DNA of 64,000 bases from contig OZ037772.1 of assembly GCA_964035545.1 (NCBI GenBank), positions 7,796,889-7,860,888 of the forward strand. The letters are read 5' to 3'. This DNA is from Bugula neritina (taxonomy: Eukaryota; Animalia; Bryozoa). The notes under the pieces were generated by a model. That model searched no databases and was not told the origin of the DNA. It saw only the letters and a program-made list of their open reading frames with translations. The position numbers and the translations under genes were made by a program. Shown piece by piece: positions 1 to 26,192 of this stretch. Position 1 is the first letter of the stretch; every line of letters begins with the position of its first letter.

Positions 1-530
1 AGCACAAAAATGTTTACATGTGGCTTTTACAATGCAATGAAACTTGGAAAAATTTCAACCAGGTCAAATTGAATTTCTGATCAAAAATCATGAAGGTATA
101 AAGGCAGCTTTATTGCTTATAATCTCTATGGCTACAGTCTTTATATTGCTACAGTTATTGATAACCGAATAACATTTGAAAATAGTTAAGCTCCAATCCT
201 GTAGATCATTATCATAAGCTCGAAAGAACAATCAGTTTCATATTGCATAGGGTATAGTATAATTTTAAAAATAAATCTAAACAATATTTTGACTACTAGC
301 CTAATTAAATTGAATGTTCAATAAAAAGACTGGTACATGTCAACAATAATCATTTTTGTTGAGAAATTTTTTGTTAACATTTTTTATGTAGGGTAGAGGG
401 GGGTGTAAAGTAATAAATAGGAAAGCAGTTGAAAACGGTCTGTGACATCAGTTCTGCAATTTTAATAACTGAATTTCATGTATTATGTTCGAAAATTGCA
501 CAATTATGTTAAAGAATAAAGCCAACTTAC

Positions 531-3500
531 GTGATGTTTCATTTCTACTGCCACCACCGTGCTCACGACCGTGTCTTTGCATCTGATTATCTATAAATAA
601 GTCATTATTTTTAGGCAATTGTATGCAATAGAAATATTTCCGTAAATCGTATGTTAAATATGCTTTGCGTTTCAGCCATATTATCTAAAATTTGTTTATA
701 TATACATACACACGGACATATATTGTGCGTGTGCGTGTGTGTGTGTGTGCGTGTGTGCGTGTGCGTGTGCGTGTGTGCGTGTGTGCGTGTGTGCGTGTGT
801 GCGTGTGTGCGTGTGTGCGCGTGTGCGCGTGTGCGCGTGTACGCGTGTGCGCGTGTGCGTGTGTGCGTGTGTGTGTGTGTTCAACTCACCCTCTTTTAAA
901 AAGTTCTTCCTTCCAAGATAAACTAATGCAACCAGTACTATCAGTCCAGCCACAGCTCCTCCTCCAATCCCAATATATTTGATTAAACTATTTGGAGCAG
1001 CTTGCTCCAATGCGCTCTGGGATATATTTTGCGATACATCTACAAGAAAAGCATCTATTCTATCTGAACCCATTTTGCTATATATGATCACACAAGCATT
1101 TACGATGCTTATTTTATGAATTTTGTCTGTAATGCCTAATTAAGCACAAACTGTCAATAATAATATTATTATGTACTATCTTTAAATAATTAGCAGTCAA
1201 AAGTACATTAGTCATTCAATAACATTTTTTCAAATTTTAATTACAATGTTTCTAAAGTTTAGTAAAATTATTTGATCAATAAAATTTCTAACAGCGGTAA
1301 ATACAATTTTACTGGTTTCAGTGACTGTGAAAGAGATGTTGAAATAGAGAGAGTTTGGTAGGGTTATATGATAGCCAACCACAATCGTACCCTGATTGGA
1401 GGAATTTCCAGTAATCCCAGTTTCTTTCGTCAAGGTTACTGGAGCATTGCTTGTACTTGAAGTTTTATCTGAACAAATCAACAGAAAATTGTCCATTGAC
1501 TAATTTAAAGTGCAGCTGGTGATGATAACAGATAAAAATTTTAAGCAATTTGTATTTGTTTTCACTTTTTAGCTTAATCTGTTTGCATACAAACATTTCC
1601 AGCCGTTGTGAATATAATTTCGGTTCACCATCACAAATGCATAGCAGGCCATGCTTGGTGAGTAAATAGGGCTGTGTTTTCAAGCAAAATCAAAAATTTT
1701 AGTAGAAAAAATAGCTACAACAAGAACTCACCAAAATATTCCAAGCTGTAAATTTCAGAGTCCCCTAAAATGTATAACGTTGACGATTCATCTAATAGAA
1801 AGACCTGGTTAGGAAATCGTATTTTACAGTCTTTGGTGTCTCCTTCCATAACAGACACCTCACCTGTCTGTGGTTGACAAATAGTTGAGACTTCTGAGGT
1901 CAAAAGGTCAACCACTCTTATCACATGATTTGAATTGTCAGCTAACAGTAAGTTGTTCTCATCAAAGAAATAAAGACCAAGTGGCTTTCTAACCAGTGCA
2001 TGTGCTACAGGGCCGTCATTATGCCCGGCCCCATTGTCTAAAGGAATGACTTCTTCAACTGAACTTTGCCAAGTGACAGGAACCCGAGTCATTCCATGGT
2101 TATGGGAAAAATAGACATATGTTTTTGTGGATTCAAACACAAATCTGTTTACATTAAGTCTCAAGGAAAACAGGGAAATCACTTGCCAGTCACTGTCTCC
2201 TTGAGTGAGACACTTAAAATGTTGGTCTAAGTTGTCAAAAAAATAAACCGTTGTGGCCTGAATTGACAACTTAGCCATACCGATTGGGTAACCAATTTTA
2301 GATGTTCCAAAGTCTTCACTTCTAGAACCACGATCTTCACAGGCTCCAGTCAAATGGTGTGTTTGATTATTCTGTCGATTGATGGAGCGAATGCAGCCAT
2401 TGGTATGGTCGGCCACCCAGATGTGTTCTGAACTCGTTGGATTAGTTACAATTCCTGTTAAACTTCCGAATCTTACTGATGACCCTACACCTTCTTGGTA
2501 ACCAATTTCAGAAGAGTCTCCAGCTATTAGATCAAGCTTGGTAAAGTCATGTGTCGTGTAGATGGCATACCCACCAACAAGCAAGTAATTCCCGGTAACA
2601 AAGTCGTCTTTAGCCATTAATTTAAATTTTATATTTTGTATTGATGTTGTCTCTGCAGATATCACTGTTTCAACTTGCTTAAATTTAAATCTGAAATGAT
2701 GACGAAAAACTACAATTACACCAATATACTTTACATGTATATTAGCTATTTATCATGGAAACCTGAATTAACTTCATGAAAACTTTTAATAACAGATACT
2801 CTGGTGTAAATATTTTGCCAACTAACAAGTCAATTTTGTTTAGACTTGTGTAGGCTAATAAATTTTCTTTGTCTGTCGGGGTCTGTAAAAAGCTTCAAAT
2901 TAAATTTAAATGTTATAATAGTATATAGCCATTTTGATCAAGAAAACAGTATTCAATTTTAATCACAGTGATGATTTGTTGATAAATTTGATTTACATAA
3001 AAGAAGGAGCCAAAAATACAATAACGCTTTATACTGACAAATGATAAAAGTGACAGTAGCAAAAAATTCTTACATTTTAATATGATTTTTTGGCAAGTAT
3101 TGCCTAGTTTGTTACCACCAAGTAGTTTTTATTCAAAAAATGGTTGTCAAATGACAAGAAAAAATTCATTTTACCTGTTTATTTCGTCTAGATGTTGCAC
3201 GACTCCATCAACTTTGTGAGTAAAATACTTCACCTGCAAAAAATCCGATCAAGCTTTGAATATGATGTCTTATACTTTATTAGGTACAGACTGTTTTCTC
3301 TGCTTTAATATTGCTATAATATAGTTATACCAACTAATGTAAATCTTTGTTTTTGACTTAAGAATACATTTTAGGCATTTTTCTAAGTTGCCTACATTTT
3401 TAACCCCTTTCATTTTTCAAAATATATTAAATGAAGGCTTCAATGACAAATTTTGTATAGTGCAACACATTTATTGTTTCAAATATATCACAAGTTTGAG

Positions 3501-3642
3501 TTATTTTGCAAAATTTCTGTTTTTTCAATTTATATATCTGTATTGCAATAAGTAATATATTAACGCTTATTGTTCTATATGTATAGTCAATAGTCTTACC
3601 TACATTGATAATAATCAGTGTCATATAAAGAGTGGCTTTCAT
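531..3642 (-). CDS. G1: type-I membrane protein with NHL-like beta-propeller ectodomain (3' end probably runs off the window)
   Basis: Predicted exons: 3604-3642 ([13 protein letters not shown]), 3175-3233 ([20 protein letters not shown]), 1732-2690 (propeller; ORF 1715-2665), 1391-1468 (S/T stalk), 890-1039 ([22 protein letters not shown] then GRK), 531-590. GT-AG sites and phases (0,2,1,1,1) are consistent. No stop found in the window. Confidence 0.8.
725..880. repeat. (GT/GCGT)n microsatellite
   Basis: Directly visible; source of the VC/HT junk ORFs. Confidence 0.95.
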
Positions 3643-4771
3643 GTTTTACTAGTAATTTAAATAGTCTAAAATCTTTCATTTCCTTGTGTCATTATTTAAA
3701 AAAATATGAAAAATGTCTTTGGAATGCAAAAAAATAATTTGCTTTTATTCCAATTTTTTCTATTGTATTCCGATAATTTCAAAATAATCTAGATTTACAA
3801 GGTAGTAATTTATCTATAATTCTTTTAAAAATTAACATCACTCTATCAAATTGAGTCATTATTAATTGCATGAGCTAATCAAATGGCAACAATAAATCTT
3901 TACATCAAGGGTTTGACCACCTAATTAAATTATAACCATTATTTGTTTTAAAAGTTCAACATATAAAGCTAGTGCTATACTTGCATATAAAGTTATATCA
4001 CTTCTAACTTCTCACTTGTTCTACCAAATGTGTATTGAGTCATTTTTTGTTTTTGCGCAAAATAACTGAACCACCGACAGTCAGCAATAAATGCTGTTTA
4101 TTTTTAAACTTAGAACAACAGCACTAAGATATTCGACCATTTTTTTTAATTCTATAAATAAATTTCAAGTGTGACAAGTAACTGCAAGATTCTAAATTTT
4201 TTAATTCAATGCAGGTGTTTTTATTCAAAATAGAATGAAAGAAATGTCTTTGTAGTTTTTGGTCTAGCTAATTACTCTATGTGAAGATGCGACTTTCTTA
4301 TTAGATTATTTTCAAAAAAACTTCTTGCTTCATAGCGTTACTTCAATTTTAAATACATTAAAGTATGCAGGTTGGTTCTTAGATTTAACAATGGTTATAA
4401 ACTAAACAGCTTATGATGTTTATGAAAGCCTAGAGAAAAAAAGGAAAATTCAAAGATAATAAAGATAAAGAAAGACAAAGAAAGAAAGATAGAGAAAGAG
4501 AGATAAAGAAAGAGAGAAAGAGAGATAAAGAAAAAGAGATAGAGAGAGAGAGAGAGGGGGGGAGAGAGAGGGGGGAGAAGTAAGAGGAAAGACAAAGAGG
4601 GGGGAAAATGAGAAAGTATGCAATGAATTATTTAATTTAATTTCCAATAAAAAAGTATGACACTAATTTATTGCAATGCATCTCAATGTGTTCAAATTTT
4701 CAGTTTGTGTTTTAGAAACCAAACTATATTCAACTTACTTGCTGCAAGTAATCTTAAAAAGCCTGCAAATT

Positions 4772-11703
<6,932 letters not shown>

Positions 11704-12826
11704 GTTGCACTTTCAAATCTCTTTTTGAAAATGTTATTATTTGAAAAATGAGAAAAACTCATGGAATGTACAAAAAACCTTGCCTGCTCAAGCTTTAATA
11801 AAAAAAATTACTTCTATTATTTTTTTAAAACTAACAGGTATAGATTATGCACATTTATCAAATTATGAACAATTATTAGAGTTTCAAGGATCAAAAGTCC
11901 TAATTTTTACTTACTTGCAAGAGTTAAGTATAAAGCCTAAAGGTGTTGTGCAATACCAAAGTAGGGGCACTCACTTATATAGCCTATTTCAGACAACTAT
12001 CTTTAAAAAGTAAATATAAATTACTCAAGTTCTTGCTTTCGGACACAGTTTTTTAGTGCTATACTTAAATTTAACAAGTGATAGAAAATTTCCGAAGAAA
12101 TTTACTGATTGTTAGAGACAAGCTATACGGCTTAAATCACAGAGTTACCAATTTACCAGTGCAATATCGGATAATCTTGCATTGATCGAAGCAGTAAAAA
12201 ATTTAGCAAGTTTTTGCTGCATATGCTTGTTTACATAAAACCTGTTTAAACATTATATTTTCAGCCTGAATTTATGTTACCTCTCTTTCAAACTTAAGAC
12301 TTTTTAATTGTAAAAACGTACTGTAGCTCAAAAAGTTGCTTAAAAAGCAACCACATATTAAAATAAAACTTGCTATCTTTTGAAACTGATTAACAATATA
12401 TACAATTTACAATAATTTTTTAAATAAATAGGTGGATATATATATAGGTAGGTAGCTGAATACACAGACATAAAAAATATGCAAATGGACAGGCAGACAG
12501 AAAGACATACAGACATATATACAGACAGACAGACACACAATTGCACAAAAATACAAATAGACAGACAGACATACAAGCAGGCAAGCGGACAGAAGAACAT
12601 AACTTATATTTTGTTGAACAATTTAAAACATTTTCAACTTTTGGCTATACACATATAGCAGATCTCAACGGTATAAACTACAGGAATAAAATTATTACAG
12701 TGATTTAGTAAGTATAGTAGAATATACCTTTTAGACTTATTAAAATCTTTAAGATTACTTACAGTTTATGTTTAAATTAGAAGAAAAGTCTACTTACTGC
12801 ACTTTGTGCCAGAGAATCTGCAAAGT

Positions 12827-18940
<6,114 letters not shown>

Positions 18941-19040
18941 GACCAAATTGGTTCGACATTTATTTGATAAAAAGTATTTCGTTGTTTCTAAAACTTTATA
19001 ACTAGCATCAAAAATGTTAATCATTCAAAGTATTTCACTA

Positions 19041-19473
<433 letters not shown>

Positions 19474-20634
19474 AAAGATTACTAAAACCGTTCAACTTGT
19501 CATTATTTGCAATATTTATAAATCATTCAAAAATTTTGCACTAGAGTATAAAGTAAGTTTTTCTCATAAAAAGTTTTCCGCCTCTGAATCAATAAAACTT
19601 TATTGTAAGTATGTCTATTTTTACTTTATTTTTTCAGAACAATTTTTTATTATCTGTATAAAAACAACAAAATTATAATTATTTAGAGATCATGGCTAGT
19701 TCTACACTTTTTTGATAAAACAACCAACAACATTTGTAGATGTAGTATATGAGTCAGTACTGTATATTAATTAAAAAGCATTAAAATCTAAAGTTGTATT
19801 AATTTATTTAAAAAAGCAGAATAAAATTCAAAACCCACTGCAAAATCTGATTCTTTCAGTGACATCAAGTTTTATGAGAACATAATGTAATTTTAAAAAG
19901 TAATTTAGCTGTATATACAGTTCAATAGGAGATTGCTTATTTACATCAACCTGCAGTTTTATCAAATTGAATTGGTAAATTGAAGTTATTAAAGTAGTGA
20001 ATCCATATAGGCTAGTAGTAAAGTAGTAGTAAAGTAGTAAATTTATATACTACGCCAGCAGTCAGGTAGATAAGCTCACAATTCAAAGGCCACAGGTCAA
20101 AGGTCACACATACAGCGAAATAATATACATTTTTAAAAGCATAATCAGTTTATTATCATACATATAGCACAGAGATGGACAACTAGGTTCACAGATGAAA
20201 ATATTTAGCTTGTTTGCAAAATATGTGATTTTCTGCATTTTACCAAAACTGTGTCATCACCTGTAGCAATTGAACTTGCTCTTCCTGAAGCAAATAGTGA
20301 ATAATCTAGAATAGAATAAAGATATAAGTTTGCAAGTATTTTAATATATGGTCATAACTTTGTAACTTGTAAATTTAATTCTCAGTAGTTTATTATAGTG
20401 AATAGTCCGTTTGTATGTCTACAGTTCAAAGCCTCTTTTGATGTGTGATTAATAATATTAGAGTGTTTTTCAGGTTGTACGTCATGTATAAAAAATTGCT
20501 ATGTTAAACTGAAAAGGCAAAATCAAGTTTTTTGTTTATAATTACCCATGCCAACTTTACAAAAGTTTTGATTCTGTTTCATATGCTTGAGTGTTTTCTT
20601 TTAAATGAAACAATTTACTTACACTAACAACTGG

Positions 20635-22866
20635 TTATTTTTTTTTATTTCCTGATCGATTCTTTTTCTTATTTTTGTGCGATTTTTTTTCTAAAATAGT
20701 AGATGGTTGCATATTATAAGTGCTACATATCAAGAGAAAAAAAATTATAGATAATATACAACAATTGATATATTGTTATACTTACGCAACAAACTACTTC
20801 TAGATGTACAAGCATACAATGCAAAATAATAATATACAGCCACCGATTTATATATCAGTGTTACTTTTCACACAATATTAGATTGTGAATGTACAAGAAA
20901 TATGGAAAGAAGACTTTCAGTTTTAAAAATATATGAGTGGAGTATAAACGTTATGACTCATATAGCTCGCTTAACTGCGTTTTCCCAGAAGGTTTACTTA
21001 CTTGGTTTAACCAACTCGTTTACAATTGCATCCAAATCACTCTTGTCCTTGTATGATTGAGGCCACACAGAGCTCGGGTCATCACCTACAAAATGTACAT
21101 ATATAGACGTTAGTAATAAAATTGTATATTATGGTATAAGATCTACGTTGACCATTATATTTTGTATGATTACAGCATGAAATGTATGGTATAGCTAAGC
21201 ATTTGTTACCAAATTAAAATCTATGATAGTGCGCTTATAAACTAAGCCAGTTTAAATGCTCACCAAAAGGAACTGTGACTGGCTTTACATGATCATTGAT
21301 GTTATGGGTAGGTGGAGACACAAGAACTTCGTCTATATAAGGAAATACATACATAGATTATTAAACTTAGTAAATTAACCATTTTTCTTAAAAATATGCA
21401 ACAGATTATAAATAGATTATTTAAAATAAGAAGTGGACCATTTTACTTTATGTATATCAACAAATTATGACTAGAAATTAAAGTTAAAGCAGGTAAAATA
21501 CCATTATTTTAACTTTATTTGTATACGCATAGTAGTTAAGGAATTATTCCAGGCTTAATACAAAAACTGCTGTATAAACTGAATTGTTGTAAAAACTCAC
21601 CATACAACATCGTCGCTGGTTCGCCATCAATGAAATCATTGGCGTGTTGAGAGACAGGAGGTGGGTCTACACAAATATATAAATGAATAATAAAATAATA
21701 AATGAATAAAGCTCAGAAACGTAACTAATGCCTATCCTTGTTTAGCTAGAAGAATTTTTTACAAAGTTATTTTTATAAGGCACAGAAGCAATTATTGCTA
21801 AATGCTTTTTCTAACATTGCTATGATGCCATTTACAAATAATTAATTTCATGACTTTGGCTTTATCCCTTAAAACATGGCTGCTCCCTGATAAATCAAAA
21901 TCTGAAAGCCATAACCTATTGTGAAATCAAAGACTTCTAAACCTCATCAATTATCAAGTGTCAATTTTAAAAAAGACTATAGCTGATTAAGAGTTCAACA
22001 AACCAAGTCCTACTATATTCAAACTCTGTTTCTTGCACTCACAAAACGTAAGATTTAACATTATGGGATCAATCGTTATTGGAGATTGTTATTATTTTGT
22101 TCTATGTCTAGTCTCTCTATTCTTCAACAATGTGCTAAGCTGTAGCTATGCAGTTTTTTTAAAAGTCGTTATTTATAATTACTAGAAGGAACCATCATGA
22201 GTGTTTACTCTTTTTCACAGCCTAATTCAACACAGGTAAATATTGCAAATAGCATGTGATTTCATTACAACTCTAATAATTTTTATAGTGATCAGTCATC
22301 CCAATATATCAGAAAATTTTATTAGTAAATTGTAGCATTAAGAGTTTTACAGATTCAATACTACTACTAGGAAAGATTTTTTTAGTCAGACTTGAAATTG
22401 CAGCTCAGCAATTTACTTTTTTCTAAGCCTAGGGCCACACGGTGCGTATTTTCGCATGGAAAATTGAAATCACAAGTAGCAAAGGTGTCCACTGTAGCGT
22501 CAGTGATGCGTGATAAACAAAGCTTTCATTTTTAAATCGCACTCGCTTTCAATAGAACGCAATTTACTGGAATGTAGCACTAAATTAAAGAAATTGGGCT
22601 CGCTGAATAGCTACCAGCCAATTAGGTGACGATGACAGAGACGATTCGCACTTGTCGCTCAACATTTTCAACGCAAGTGCGAACGTTTTCTCAACGCGCA
22701 CAGTGGACACCTTTCCTACTTGTGATTTCGATTTTCGCATGCGAAAATACGCACCGTGTGGCCCTAGGCTTAATAAACCTATTTTAAGAACTTACATAAA
22801 GGGTGTAGCTGTGTGTTAAACTCCATAACATAACTGGTGGCTGGAAGCATTGCAGGGCGAGCTAGA

Positions 22867-22936
<70 letters not shown>

Positions 22937-24044
22937 TATATAAGCATAGACAAATGAAAGTAACTCTTTATTATAGATTAGTTATCAGCTATACCATGTG
23001 AGTCTTCGTGTGTCGGTGCAGTACGTGTGTATGTGTCTGTGTGGTGTGGTGTAGTGTGGTGTGTGCGTGTGTGTGTGTATTGCAAACACATTTTAGTACT
23101 GCTAAAATGATACAACTTATGCACCTATACTTTGTGCATACTTCAGTAAAAAGAGTATTTTTGACTAGAAGCCTACCTTTCAAAAATGATCTCTTTACTG
23201 CACAAAATAGACACGTCACTAAAAATCCTACACCAAGCACGCTTGCGATTACAACACCCATTATTTCATATTGATCCCTCTCCTTAGATCTCTTCGATAG
23301 ATCATCAATAATTCTTTGTAGTTCGTAGCAGTCGTCATCTGTAATATTGGCCTCTCCGCCTGTATAGAGTATACACAACTGATTCTTACATGCTCACTTA
23401 ACTTCTTTGACAGCTTGTAATTGAAAATAATTCAGAATAACTGATGGCAATATATCTATGACAAAATATTATAAGGATTAACATCCTGTATTTTACAGAT
23501 CAACTACTTGGGTCGTATGTTATTTTGATTTACATAAAAATTTTCAGTAAATTACCAGGTATTTTGATAGGCTCTGAACTTGTAGTGAAAATAGGGCTCC
23601 AGCTGGTTGTACTACTAGTTTCAAAGTTCACTGTTGTTGGAGTTGGTGTTGTTTGCTTGCTGGTCCTAATAGTTACAGTAGTACTAGCTGTGGTTGAAGT
23701 TGGAATATTTGTTGTATTTGTACTTGGAGTACTTGTTATAGTTGTAGTACTAGTAGGAGCAGCAGTACTAGTAGTAGTGGGAGTACTAGTAGTAGTAGGA
23801 GGTGCAGTTGTTCTAACAATCTCTGAAAATACACGCATACCTAAAGATCCTATACCAGGTGAGAAAATTTTGTAGGATGATGTTAGAATGTCAAATGACT
23901 AGCTAGGTATCTTTCTGTCAATGTTTTTGTCTGTCTGTCTGTCTCTGTCTGTCTCTGTATGTCTGTCTCTGTCTGTCTGTTTCTGTCTGTCCGTCTGTCT
24001 CTGTCTGTATGTCTCCCTGTCTGTTTGTTAATTGTATGTCTAAC

Positions 24045-24075
<31 letters not shown>

Positions 24076-24184
24076 GTCTGTATGTCTGTCTACATGTTTG
24101 TCTGTCTGTCTGTCTCTGTCTGTCTGTTTCTGTCCGTCTGTCTCTGTCTGTATGTCTGTCTGCATGTCTGTCTACATGTCTGTT

Positions 24185-24217
<33 letters not shown>

Positions 24218-26192
24218 CTGTCTGTCTGTCTGTCTCTGTCTGTCTGTCTCTGTCTGTCCGTCTGTCTCTGTCTGTATGTCTCCCTGTCTGTATGTCTCTG
24301 TGTCTGTATGTTAATTGTATGTCTAACTGTCTGTCTGTCTCTGTCTGTCTGTCTCTGTTTGTCCGTTTGTATGTCTGTCTGTATGTATGTTTGTCTGTTT
24401 GTCTGTATGCCTGTCTGCATGTCTGTCTGTCTCTCTGTCTGTCTACATGTCTGTCTGTCTGTCTGTTTGCCTGTCTTTTTCGTCTGCTACCTACCTACTA
24501 ATCTATCAGTTTAGCTATCATAGTTTGTTAGTCATTCGTTTATTTCTATTCGAGTTTATTATAAAACCAATAGAAACTGTTTCTGTGTATAAATAAAGTT
24601 TACCTATTTAGCATATTACCAAACCACAAACCTAGCTATGATAGAACAGTTTTATAAGCCAATAAATTTTATTGCTACAAACTCTCTACAAAGAAGAGTT
24701 TTTAGGTTTTTACTAAACAATCAAGGTATAAAACCTACCAGAATATTTGAGTCCATATATTGCATACAACCCATGGAAGTAAAGCATCGATGAATTTCTA
24801 GATATAGCAAATTGCTTAGGATGTTCAATATAACAGTAATCAAAATCACCCTCTCGGGTTCTAAGATTGTCTTTTTGGGCGCGGCATAATGATGATACAA
24901 AAGATTTATGCAAATCGAAAACTCGTAAGACATTATAGCCATAATCGGCCAATATAAAGGTGTTGTTGTCTATGAAAAACAAAGAACGAGGCTCTTCTAC
25001 TCTTGCCAAGCTCAAGTCGCCGTCAGTCTGTCCAGCACCAGAAACAAACTTCTCAGATAAGGATTTCCAAGTTGTAGATACTCGGAGAATGCCTGATGGA
25101 TGTGTGAAGTAGATGAACTCCCCATGAGGATCAAATCTCATGCCATTAATATTTTTGTTCACATAAAATAAAGTGCGGATGTACCAGGTTGATCCAATTT
25201 TAAGCATGCACCTGAGAATGTGGACCCTACTTTCGTAAAAATAAACAGTGCCTTTATCTGTTGGCGTAGTAGTCATTCCAAATGGGTAAGCAACTCCTGC
25301 ATAAGAAAAGCTACCATCTTGTACAACATCCATTGAACAATATCCAGCAAGACCACTAGTTATATTGTTTCTTCGACTGATGGTTCTAAAGCAATTGTTA
25401 TCTTGATCGGATACCCATATATGATCATTGCTAACCGGGTTTGCAACTATTCCATTGATATAACCAAACCTTGCACTATTCCTTGCACCATTTGTGTACC
25501 CTGATGCACCTGCAATACCGGCTATTCGATCAATCTTTCTAAAGTCTCGAGTAGTGAGGATAGAGTAGCCAATCACAAGCAAGAAGTTTCCTGTGATGTA
25601 ATCATCAGGACCAATAAAACGGATTTCATGACCATTGCTACGTCCTTGATACAAAAGCGTAACATGTTCAAACCGGACACTGAAATTATAAAAAAAACCA
25701 TTCACGCATACATAATACTAATTTTGGTACAATAAAAACTTCCTTAAAAAATGTTTCGTTTGCAGCAAACATGAAGAAGAATGCCTTTGACCAGTTATGC
25801 AGCCCTAAACCTTCTACACATGACAATATAATAAATATAATATAATAAATATATATAATAAAAACAATATAATAAACATAATATATATAATAAATATATA
25901 CCTGTCAGTTTTTCTATGGTAGTCAAAATAAATTCCATCGTTTGTGCACAAATGTAGTTTTACCTAAAACATATTTTTCTCAAGTTTGTTATCTTGTCCC
26001 CTATTTATAATAATTGATTTAATTTTGTAATAGTACACTTTTTAAAGAATTTTAGCAATTTTTTACATTATAAAGTTGACTGTCCAACAATACTCAAAAT
26101 GTTTTAGATTAATTTTTTGCTGATCAGTGTCTTAAAGTAAAACATGAACTTACACACATGAATATAGCTGCAGTGCCTATTGCAAAATGCAT
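20635..26192 (-). CDS. G4: NHL-like propeller receptor with long mucin-like stalk, TM and multi-exon cytoplasmic tail
   Basis: Exons 26154-26192, 25902-25963, 24739-25679 (propeller), 23556-23822 (Thr-rich), 23177-23359 ([27 protein letters not shown]), 22796-22861, 21601-21666, 21264-21332, 21002-21085, 20635-20690 ([18 protein letters not shown]). All downstream junctions are phase 1. Confidence 0.8.
22426..22770. mobile_element. MITE (~345 bp) with ~70 bp terminal inverted repeats, in a G4 intron
   Basis: agcctagggccacacggtgcgtattttcgcat...aaaggtgtccactg pairs with cagtggacacctt...atgcgaaaatacgcaccgtgtggccctaggct. TA on both flanks is a possible target-site duplication. Confidence 0.88.
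23910..24490. repeat. Degenerate (GTCT)n tract
   Basis: Directly visible. Confidence 0.9.
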
